A stretch of 60,099 bases of DNA, filler included, from Catajapyx aquilonaris (taxonomy: Eukaryota): the NCBI GenBank assembly GCA_000934665.2. It is 4 parts of 4 records of this genome, joined end to end, with 100 filler letters (N's around TTAATTAATTAA, not from the genome) between each part and the next. Parts side by side here need not be neighbours in the genome. Positions count along the whole stretch, not along the records: positions 45,151 to 60,099 come from JYFJ02007648.1; 3 more parts are not named here. One strand, written 5' to 3'. The notes beneath the pieces are model-generated. The model was not told the origin of the DNA and made no database searches. It worked only from the letters and a program-made list of their open reading frames with translations. Shown one piece after another: positions 49,901-60,099 of the stretch. The position numbers were made by a program, and so were the translations under genes. Numbering within the stretch: position 1 is the stretch's first letter; every line of letters begins with the position of its first letter.

Positions 49901-51531
49901 TCCCCTATACAGCCGAGCCCTCTCCCCGCTATTTGCGTAGGTACCGGCTCGGCTACCTCTCTGCCTCGGCCCGGGGCCTGCCCCACCTGCCCACCCTGGC
50001 CCCCTCCCTGCCCACATAGCGCGTGCTCAGCCCTGTCTGCTGCTCTCCCTGCCTCTTGCCAAGCTCATGCCCTGTCTGCTGCCTGCTCGAGTACCCCCGC
50101 TGTCGTCCATCTTGGATTTGACTTCAGCGCCTCTACAGGCCGTGGGTCTCGCGAATATCACTCCTACTACAAAGGACCTGTTCAAGTAGCCCCGCTACCT
50201 AAACGGCAACCATCTTGCGCATCTTGTAGTGTATTATCTATGCACCTAGTTTTACGCTAAAGGCCGCTGTGTTCGCCACTGACTGTATCTTTGATGTGGT
50301 AGGGGTTGCCACCTAGCGGCCTTGGTAGGAATCGAAACATGTTGTCACGTGGTGAACTGTTTTATTAGTTGATTTAGAGGCAGGAAAACTAGCGTGGTTT
50401 TTACCCCGTAAAAATGTTGTAAGAATATTCGTGTGAGACAAATGCCGGGTGAGGGAACCGATATGCGAAATGCAAGCCCCATCGAGATATCACGCGTTTG
50501 CCCAATCGCGTATCTCTCCCTCTCTCCCTCTCTCCCTCTCTCCCTCTCCTCTCTCTCACTCTCCTCTAAAAGAGAGACAGGAGCGAGGGTCGGACTCAGG
50601 ATGGCGGTCGTTGGCAAAGCAAGGGCGAACTCTTTCTCCAAACTGATGAAGGTCACCCTTTAGAATTAGAAGCATTCTTCCATTGAATAACATATATTAG
50701 AGTGGCTGGACAGCAACATTTTGATCCAACTCCCCTGCGTTGCCAAGTTTCAGTGATCTGCTCCAATCTAATTGACACGAATCATTGAGCCATGTGGGTG
50801 GCCTTTCTTTGCCAGGATAACTTTGAACAGGTCCTTTGTTCAATAAATGAGAAAAACGGCCAAAAAAACTCAGCAGTCAAAGGGTTAAATTGAAGACCTC
50901 GGGAGAAAAACGATCAAGGTCCACCTCAAGTGAAACTGAGATAATCCAATTTTAAATTTCGAAGGCCCATAAGGCTCCATTGTAAATCCCACTTTCGAGG
51001 CCTTCCATAGTAACCTATGATCATTACTCCACAACCACCACCAAACCATCATATTCTACACTAGTGAAAGTATCATCTGAGATATGTAACTCATTTTTGA
51101 CAAAAAGTGGGCCTTGATCGTTCTTCACCCGAGGTCTTCAATATTGAATTCGAAACGCATCACTCACTTGCTTCATTATTTGTCCCGTGTTTGTCATTCA
51201 AGCACTCTAACGCTTTTCACTAACCGACACCGTAAGGGTTTGTGTCTGCCATTCTGGTGCAACTGGTTTTCCTCACTTCGACTAAATGACCTGATAATAT
51301 GAAACTGAGGTGAAGGTGCAATGTTGCCAATCTACCAAAAGAAACCACAGAAATAGGCTCACCCGATTAAATACGGCAGGGGTACGGGGACTTCTGGCCC
51401 GCCTGTAGAAACTTTCAAAATTATTGAAATATGTAGGTATAATCATTGTTTTCCATTAACCCATATGAATTAACTTACGTGTACTTTATTCCTTGACAGG
51501 AGAAGTTTAAACACAATAGATCTACTTTTAG

Positions 51532-52020
51532 TTTATCCTTATTAATGTTAATCTCTTATTGTTCAATGAAATAGAAGAGCGATATGCCAAGTCAGCACGC
51601 AACCCAAAAGGCTGGCAGGTAGAGAAGTGCTTGAAAGAGATTGGTGAAACAGGGCGTGTACTCCCTGGACTAGAGGGCATCGTCTTTCCACCCACGAAAG
51701 TGGAGCTGTGCAAGCCTCTAATAGTACGCAGGATGGCCGATAGTACCACCAATCCTGTGTTTTCTTCAAATCTGATCAATTTTAAGACACCCACACCCTT
51801 GTTTTCTCATCGGCTGAGGGAACTGCACACGCAGATAGTGACGCAGGAGAAAAGAAGGGACATTCGCCTATTGCAGATGACCCACCTGACTCCTGAGTCT
51901 GATAAATTGGTGCGAGTATTAGAAAAATGCAGACACAGGTTGAGGGCGCTACATAAAGAAAGGAAGGCTTTGAAGTTAGATCTGATATCATCACTGAAGA
52001 GATGGGCGAAGACCCAGTAG
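51532..52020 (+). CDS. Possible terminal exon of an unknown protein with a C-terminal coiled coil
   Basis: ~160-codon open frame in AT-rich DNA after acceptor-like CTACTTTTAG. No recognised family. Confidence 0.35.
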   Translation, partial: FILINVNLLLFNEIEERYAKSARNPKGWQVEKCLKEIGETGRVLPGLEGIVFPPTKVELCKPLIVRRMADSTTNPVFSSNLINFKTPTPLFSHRLRELHTQIVTQEKRRDIRLLQMTHLTPESDKLVRVLEKCRHRLRALHKERKALKLDLISSLKRWAKTQ

Positions 52021-52581
52021 GCCAGAGTGAAAAGCATGGAAAGAACATGAGAAGTAGAGCAGACCTGCACTTCTGTGGGACATTTCTTCCTCAAATTATT
52101 TCAAAATTCTGGAAGTGTAACATGAAATTTGTAATTGTGACACCAGTGGCAAAAATAAACTCAGAGTAAAACAAATTCTAAATAACCATTACTCAGAGTG
52201 TATGACAAAGTGACCAAACCAGGTTCGATGGTAATATACCCTGGATGTAACGCCTAACAAAGTATATTAAAAATTCAGTTGAGTAACGTATGCTTTGTAT
52301 TGCCTCCTGAAATTAACGAAGCATCTCTCTGTAAAAAAAAAATTAAGTTCCCAAAATGTCACACTTAAATCAATAAAGAAAGCAAAGTAATACGGAAGCA
52401 TAGTCCTCCATGATAACAACATTCATTTCCTATTGGTCAACTCACTTTCTCTCTTTTTCTCCCCCCCCCCCCAGCTCTCCCCCTTCCCCTTGAAAATAAA
52501 ATACGAGTCGCATCCATAAGGTAAGTTCCGTTTTTAATTAGAAAACTGCAATGCACCCCCAGACGTATTCCATACCTCTGA

Positions 52582-53140
52582 AGGTGCATTCACATATCGG
52601 CGACTGCGACTGCTACCACGACCCCGCACTCGAGCAACGTCGCGGGCATGGTGTCGCCCAGCTGCTGGGGGCCCGGTCGCAACGCTCTTTGGGGCACGAC
52701 GCGACGTCTTGACACCATTTACGTAAGCAGTCGCCACGATCTCATGCCCGAAAAAAAAACATGGAGGCTCCGCTGAGAACCGGCCTTATCTCTCAAAGTC
52801 ACAGGCTTGGAAGGCATATTTCCGTATTTTTTCGTATATATTTTTCCGTATTTTTCCGTATATTTTCGTATATATTTTTCCGTATTTTTCCGTATATTTT
52901 CGTATTTCCGAAACAAACTTGCAACCGGCCATCTGACACACCTCCATGGACGGACGAAATATGCCTTACGACTCTACGAGCCGGTATACTTTGAGGGATA
53001 AAGCCGGTTCCCAGCGGAGGTCAGCAAACCCTCCATCTTTTTTTTCGGGCATGGAATCGTGGCGACGCGTCGCCACGATTGACGGCTTGCGTGATGGTGT
53101 CACGACGTCGCGTCGCGTCGTGCCCCAAAGAGCGCTGCGA
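52582..53140. mobile_element. Harbinger-like MITE with internal (TTTCCGTAT)n expansion
   Basis: Starts TGA|AGGTGCATTCACAT. Internal inverted copies of TTTTTTCGGGCATG..ATCGTGGCGAC. A repeat expansion at ~52820-52905 is absent from the 15163-15389 copy. Confidence 0.65.
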
Positions 53141-54286
53141 CAGCCGTAGGAGTGGAGTGGAGAGAGGCGAGGCGAGGCAAGGGAACAGGCAGGTTGCGTT
53201 GGAGGTGACCTCCTGGTGTCCTGTGTCTGGGGGGCCGTTGGGTCCCGTGCCCTGTGCGTAAGTGCTCTGTGTGTGTGCTGGGTATGATTGTGAGTGTGCA
53301 ATAAACAGTTTTATACAGGAACTGTGTGACTCCTTTGTCTGGGGTGTGTGGAAGAAAGGGGTCGGGGCTAGGCCTGGCGGATACCTGGCCCTAGTTCCCA
53401 TGTGTCGTGCCCTCTATGGCCTGGTGGGTACGTCACAAGCTTTCATACACAAAAATCGGAGAAGATTTTCACGACCTTCCTTCTCTGCAGCCTCCCACTC
53501 ACAAAGTAGATGGAAGAATTAAGATGGTGGTCCCGACGATGATAAGAAAGAGATTTGGAGCCGGCTCCCGGCAAATGCGCGCGGCCAAAATTCGGATGTT
53601 TTTGTCGCTCATATCTCGGAAACGGCTGGACGTTGCGATATAAACTTTCACCACTGTGTCTATCGCACACGAATGACTCCTCAAGCAAGTTTCAACGGCC
53701 AAATCGGAGGTGTCCGACCTTGACCGTTCCCTTGTAAGTATAGGTCATGAATGGTAGCCTACACATGTTGCGATCAGTCAACCTCAAAGGGATGTGAAAA
53801 GAAGCCAGATGTCTCATTTCCACTCAATATTGCCGCGTTCCATTGTCATTTAGGTTCTAAGTCTCCACTGAGCCACTACTGGGGCACGGTCCACAGTAAC
53901 TGGGGTACCTACCTTAGTTGCTAGGTGTTTAGGTCAAAAATGACAAAAATGTGGGTTATCGTATTTTTCACCCACACCCCTCATTTGACCAACAGGACGG
54001 TTTCCAGCATCTACATGGAAATCTTGGTATCATACCATCTTATACCATAATTATCATGATGCTTTGCAGCCAACATGACGTAAGGGAGTATTTTCGTCTT
54101 GCAATTATATTGGTTAAGGATTCACCCTCCCTGCGCTTTATGTGGTAGTTACTGTCCACCCTTTATGTATAATGTATACTACAATGATGCAGCTAAAAGA
54201 CATTTTTAAAATATATTTATTCTCCAGGTACAAAGTAGAAGTTCTGTAGCTCACTTATCATCATATAACATAAGGACTCTTAATTA

Positions 54287-55702
54287 CACAGCGTGTTACT
54301 CGAAAACCACTATGTGGATCATGTTAGTAGGACCCAAAGTAGCTGGGAAACGCCCGGGATTTCTCTCCCAAAATGTGCAGGGGGTCAGGGTGACCAAAAA
54401 TCCGAAAAATTCAAAATATTGACGTTTTTTTGGCCTATTTTAAGGTCTGGCAACCACTGTAAGTTTCGGATTTTGTTTTTGCTGGCATTAGGTGTTACCT
54501 GGGTCTAGTCTGAAGCCACAATGGTGTTTAAAATCAATCTTTTATAGAAACTGTAGGTTTTCCAGGGTCCTTTTTATGGAAAAAAATTGCGTTTTTTGGT
54601 ACTTTTCCGTCAATTTTTGCGGAAAAAAGTGTAGCGTAATGGGCTCTTTACAGACCGTACAATCAAGGAATAATAGTAGAACTTTCCTATGCAACCCTAG
54701 TACCCGTGTGCAAAAGCCTAATCTGGGGTAAAATCGCGTTTTTTCGCATTTTTGGTGATTTGACTTTTTTCAACATTCAAATCCAAATATTCATCGGCTT
54801 TAAAATAAATGAATTCTTCTTAGTCTAACAAACTGTCAGGGACCCCCATAGTATGGAAAAAGACTACGATTTCCATAAGCAACCCATGTACGCGTACGCG
54901 TACAAGCAAAAAAAAATACACGTGTACATGGGTTGCTTATGGAAATCGTAGTCTTTTTCCATACTATGGGGGTCCCTGACAGTTTGTTAGACTAAGGTAT
55001 ATAGTCTGGTGACCCGGGGTAGCTTGCCCCCTGGGGTAACTGGTTGTTTACTGCTATCCTTTTACATATGTTGCCATGGTGATTGCCCCCGGGATAGCTT
55101 ACCCCGGGTCATCAGACTAGGGGCCTAAGAAGAAGTCATTTATTTTAAAGCCGAGGAATATTTGGATTTAAATGTTGAAAAAAGTCAAATCACCAAAAAT
55201 GCGAAAAAACGCGATTTTACCCAAGATTAGGCTTTTGCACACGCGTACTAGGGTTGCATAGGAAAGTTCTACTATTATTCCTTGATTGTAGGGTCTCTAA
55301 AGAGCCCATTACGCTACACTTTTTTTTAAAAAAAGTCCATACACTGTTCCCCAAAAATTGACGAAAAAGTACCAAAAATCGGAATTTTTTTCCATAAAAA
55401 GGACCCTGGAAAACCTACAGTTTCTATAAAAGATTGACTTTAAACACCATAGTGGCTTCAGACTAGACCCAGGTAACACCTAATGCCAGCAAAAACAAAA
55501 TCCGAAACTTACAGTGGTTGCCAGACCTAGAAATAGGCCAAAAAACGTCAATATTTATAACTTTTCGGATTATTGGTCACCCTGACCCCCTGCACATTTT
55601 GGGAGAGAAATCCCGGGCGTTTCCCAGCTACTTTGGGTCCTACTAACATGATCCACATAGTGGTTTCCGAGTAACACGCCGATTTTTTTTTGTTGCGCTG
55701 TG
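54287..55702. mobile_element. 1.4-kb palindromic element with CAC termini and TTA TSD (Chapaev3/CMC-like)
   Basis: TTA|CACAGCG ... CGCTGTG|TTA. Arms of ~600 bp pair at high identity down to a ~20-nt loop near 54905. The right arm holds a ~130-bp hairpin insert (54997-55129). Confidence 0.85.
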
Positions 55703-56008
55703 TTATTGCTCACGAGACTCACAGCTCAATTCTTATGTTAGAACATTGCATCAACCTCTGTCAGGTTTTATGGCAAAATAAGCTGTGCACAAACCACAGC
55801 TGTGTATTCCACCATCAATAAAGCAAGAATTTGATATAAGGCCTAAGATAACAGGGGATGTTAACTACATTAATTTTTCTTACGATCACATTGCGTTAGC
55901 TGACAAGTTTCCAGTCGACTACATTACGTATAGGGAGTTGAGACCTCAAAATGATGAAAATTTCATTGACCAAAATTTGGCCATGCTTACAGCTAACAAC
56001 AACGCCAA

Positions 56009-59000
56009 TCAGGCAATGGCAGTTGATTGCCTGCAATAATGTTGCTGCTCTTCGATGATCAACTCTGCCAAACGGGAGAATCCCTGCAAGTCAAGTTGGA
56101 GACAGTAAGTGTAGTGTAGATAATATGAATGAACATTCATGTATCTGGGCGTATATATTACCCTACAGCATTTTTGTTACCTTGTCAGGAGCATGAGTGG
56201 CTGGGGGAAAGGATGGATGGTTTATAGTGGTGCAGCATTAAGTTTCAGAATATTATTTTCTCCTAAACAAGACATCATGCCTTTGGCAAACTTTTTCTCA
56301 TGTAATTCATTGAATTCAGGGTCATATAGCAGGGTGACCACGGTAACTCTGGCAAAAATCACAGGGTGGGTAGAGGCCCCATAGGCAAGTATTTTGAGCT
56401 TTGGTACCCATGTCCGGAAATGCCCCCGTACGGGTGTATGGCCGTTTCCACCTTTGGTATGTTGCGCCTGGTGGGTAGGCAACCCACCGTACTCGAAGCT
56501 TGCGTTCATCAGGTGTGTCGCGTGTGGAGGAAACGAAGGTGAAAACAATTGCGAGTGTCAAGTGTAAAACCTGATGAACGCAACCTTCGAGTATGATGGG
56601 CCGTATCCCCGTACGGGGGCATTTCCGGACATGGGTACCTAAGCTCAAACTACTTGCCTATGGGGCCTCTAGCCACCCTGTGGTTTTTGCCAGAGTTACC
56701 GTGGTCACCCTGTAGATATTTCTTTTACTTGCTGCTCTAGTGTCATACTAGAAGTTGAAAACGTCAACGAACTAACTTTATTGTTATTGCAACACCTTAA
56801 ATAGGCTTTTACACAAATTGGCAAAATAGTGGATATTTTGCACCCTATTAATCTTTTAAGCGCTCTAGGCTTGGTATGTCCAGAAACACTGCCATTAGTG
56901 CCATATGGGTAGTATCAGTAATTATTTTTACTATTTATTAAAGAAATGCAGCACAAAAGTTAGCATTAATAATGTACAAGTATTGAATAATCATATGTCA
57001 TTAATTTAACAATTTAAAACAATTTAAAATTTAACAGTTGTGAACTATCAGCTTTTCAGATCTTATTTGGCTCAGTTTCATTTAAAAATATAAATGTAAT
57101 TTCTCTAACGTAAATTCTATTAAATCGTTTGATTGGAGTTCCTTTTGTGAGGACAGTAAATGTAAATTCTTGATTTTGATTAGCTTTTGTATAATTGTGG
57201 ATGATGAGATACATTGGCGCGGGGCCTTTATGGTCGGGTCGCCTAACTCTGACACAGTCTGCCCTTGCTTGCCAGATGTGGCATCAGCGCAGTAAAATCA
57301 TGGTCACGTAACTTTTGAATCTGCTTCCCTCTATAGCAGCGTTTCTCAACCTTTTTACCCTTGCAGAACCCTTGCAATAATATTCATATCTTGAGGAACC
57401 CCTACATAAAAATTATTATATTATAAACATCAATTAATTACTCAAAAATACATTCACTATTTCTCGCGGAACCTCGGTTGAGAAACGCTGCTCTATAGGT
57501 ACTACTGTACAAGTGTACAGTTTGTTTGAAGTATCCGGAACCTTACAGTTATTGCAAGTTTGGCCCAAAGTTGTTAATTTGTGTACAGGTAGCTTTCTGT
57601 GCCCAGATCGAGTGCCCAATAATTCCCAGGTGTGCTCAATTAATTACACCAGCTGCTCTCTATCGAATTGCACACCTCAATCGGGGTGCAGAAAGCTACT
57701 GGTATGTACACAGAAATAACACTTTCGGGCCAAATTTGCGATAACTACAAAAGGACCCACGTAATTCGATCACACTCTACAGGGTGTTCGTGAACCGAAC
57801 AGTCAGACCTGTACCCGTGGCTTAAATGACATGAGAGGATCATGTTATGTAGAGGAGTCATTATGTCTGGGCAGCCTCATTACTGAGATCATCGCCTTCA
57901 AACTACAAGTACAAAGTATCCTGGGAGGTATGGAAACCTTCAGCCACGAAATCGCATCACCGGTCAAATAATAGCAGCTTTTCCATTTGGATACCAGCAT
58001 GTCGCATGGCACACACCAGCACACATTGACACTCACCCACACGCACTTGCCACTGCTCTTTGACAATCACTCTTAGGGCAAATCGCTAAATTGCAAATGA
58101 TCAATTATCTCCGTAATGAGGCTGCCCAGTGCCCAGGCATAATGACTCCGCTACATAACATGATCCTCTCGTGTCATTTAAGCCACGGGTACAGGGCTGA
58201 CTGTTCGGTTCACGAACAGTGAAGTTGCTCACTTGCGTGCATCTTAACATTTTCACCACCCGTGACGATTTTGACGAAAAAACGGACATTTGAATGTGTC
58301 AAGGAGGTCATTTACGCGACATTCAGCGAGGAAACTGGCCCTGGTCCACTACTGTACCTTATACTTTGTATAGGCTGTATACTTTGCTAGGCGTAGTACT
58401 GGTGTAGTAGGCTACATGAAACTGGACACCATGTACAGTACTTACAATGTCAATCTCTTCTACAGTAGCAAACGAGTAGGATGCCCTCAAATATGGAGAT
58501 GGCGAAGCTTGATGTGGTTGAAATGCACATCCAGGGGCCAGCATGACTTTCTTCTTTGGACCCTTCTCCATAATCATTTTGGTAGTGTCATGTACACCAT
58601 TCACTTTCATCCATAAAAACATGCCTCCGCTAGGAACATTCCACTCCGCTAAACCTGGTATTAAGAATAAAGTTACACTTTTGTTGCACTATCATACTAG
58701 GTGTTCCAAAAGTCAACTCATATCGGTATCCAGTGCATCGCAATTGCCATGGACCATTCACACACAGCATGCTGTTTCAAAAATGAGCTCATATCGGTTT
58801 TTGTTTTTCTTTTATAGTTTTTTTAAAACCCCGTGATAGGGCCATATGCCCTTATAGGGGGGTGGAATACCACCATTTTTCCGTCAATTTTCTAATTTTT
58901 CTTCTAACTTCGGTGCAAGAATGAAAGGACATGAGGTAAGGATATAGGGATTTTGGGGGAGGGAACATTGGTGCAAGTGCAATGTCGGTAAAGGGGTCAT

Positions 59001-59766
59001 GTGCTGTTCCCCAGGAGGTTAGGTTGCCAGACACCTCCTTGGTGCAGGTCAGAGACCCTCCTGACGCAGGTGAAAGGAAAGTTCCCCAGGCGGGGATCGA
59101 ACCTGGGGCCTTTCACTCAGCAAGCCGAGACGTTACCATCTCGGCCATCTCACCTCCCCGGTTTTTAGTATATTATTTTATCGACTCTTGCTTGGACTCT
59201 TCCTAAGGTGCCTCTCACAGTCATTATGTGGCATGTGCTAATCATGTATGGCGAGTGGAGGCTGCAAGAGCAAGTTGAAGTAGACATCCGCGAGATTTTT
59301 TGTCGATACGGATGTGAGTTCAATTATTCTGATACGCTCGGTATTACCAGCTGGTGTATACACTGTACAACTCATCCGAATGCTGTAAATACCTGTCAGA
59401 TGCTTTTCCGCTGCCTCCAGTGCATTATCTCTCCGCTTCTTGTAAAATTGCTGTATTTTGCCAATGTGGTTCATGAATCCTCTGAAACCCCACTGGCTCA
59501 ACAACTCCGACGCCAAAGCCTGTAACAAAGTGACACAGTTTTTAAAGGTCACGAATACTGTCTGGCGAAATTGTGGTTTTTTTTACTTGTGACATTGCAG
59601 AGGTATGGAGTATTGCGGATTGCATGCGTAGTTCCATGACCCGTGCTATTTCCCTAGGAGCAGTGGTGAAGCCTAGCCTCAAACCAGAGCTGAGTATTTT
59701 GGAAAAGGAATCAAAGCGAATGACACGCCCATCCACGTCCAGAGATAGAAAGCTTGGTGTCAATTC
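56009..59766 (-). CDS. AADAT: Kynurenine/alpha-aminoadipate aminotransferase, last four exons: 59766-59587, 59519-59393, 58654-58446, 56083-56009
   Basis: PSFLSLDVDGRVIRFDSFSKILSSGLRLGF (PLP lysine); QFYKKRRDNALEAAEKHLTGLAEWNVPSGGMFLW; SPYLRASYSFATVEEIDI; GFSRLAELIIEE..stop. All GT/AG junctions are phase-consistent. Confidence 0.93.
56330..56712. mobile_element. MITE with ~115-bp TIRs in the AADAT last intron
   Basis: CAGGGTGACCACGGTAACTCTGGCAAAAA / TTTTTGCCAGAGTTACCGTGGTCACCCTG, flanked by TAG on both sides. Confidence 0.85.
57337..57490. mobile_element. hAT-Charlie MITE with perfect 8-bp TSD
   Basis: CTCTATAG|CAGCGTTTCTCAACC ... GGTTGAGAAACGCTG|CTCTATAG. Confidence 0.92.
57780..58218. mobile_element. 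Tc1/mariner-type MITE related to 33863-34300
   Basis: TA|CAGGGTGTTCGTGAACCGAACAGTCAG ... CTGACTGTTCGGTTCACGAACA. Shares the core GTACAAAGTATCCTGGGAGGTATGGAAACCTTCAGCC. Confidence 0.82.
58797..59161 (-). mobile_element. tRNA-derived SINE in an AADAT intron
   Basis: Minus strand has A box TGGCCGAGATGG, B box GGTTCGATCCC and a 3' tail CTATCACGGGGT plus A-rich run. Confidence 0.8.
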
Positions 59767-60099
59767 CTAAATGTGGAAAAAATAACACGAGTTTGATTAT
59801 CTTGTCTCATTATATGAGGCATTCCACGTCAACTGGACCCACCTTCCCGACAAATATTTTCTGATTTTGACCAAAACTGAGTATGTTGTAGTACCCATGT
59901 ATGTATGCAAATACCTCATTTTGTTTGCCTCTGCGATGCGTGGTTGCATAACTACAGGGTGCGAAAGACCGAATTTTTTCGAATTTTGGCTCTGTCCGCC
60001 ATCAGTTGGAGGGCCATGACTTCGGAAGATTGTAACACCTATATTATTAAATCTATATTATTAAAATCCGACTGTCGTGGAAACTCCTCCCGCACCGTA

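Overview
Eukaryotic, repeat-rich arthropod-like genomic DNA, not prokaryotic. The window is four ~14.95-kb contigs (1-14948, 15049-30001, 30102-45050, 45151-60099) joined by artificial N44-TTAATTAATTAA-N44 linkers, so adjacency across the gaps means nothing. Host-type genes: an intronless divergent ionotropic receptor (IR, 3495-5673), a mosaic partial IR paralog (14180-14627), an intact 4-exon Myb/SANT-like gene (16220-17794), the last coding exon of SAYSD1 (42609-42893, minus) and the four 3' exons of a kynurenine/alpha-aminoadipate aminotransferase (56009-59766, minus). The rest is a dense, nested transposon graveyard. It holds a Gypsy LTR/PBS/gag with an orphan ORF where pol should be, RT, pogo, hAT, SAMD3-like, NOF-FB/USP-like and LINE ORF1 remnants, solo LTRs with TSDs, tRNA-derived SINEs, a Helitron end, and many palindromic/foldback MITEs from several superfamilies. 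The most interesting signals are the IR pair with a diverged ligand-binding segment joined to a ~99% identical transmembrane segment, the modular hairpin-MITE families, the gag+orphan-ORF LTR element and the protease-bearing NOF-like element. All identities and family calls come from reading by eye; no searches were run.
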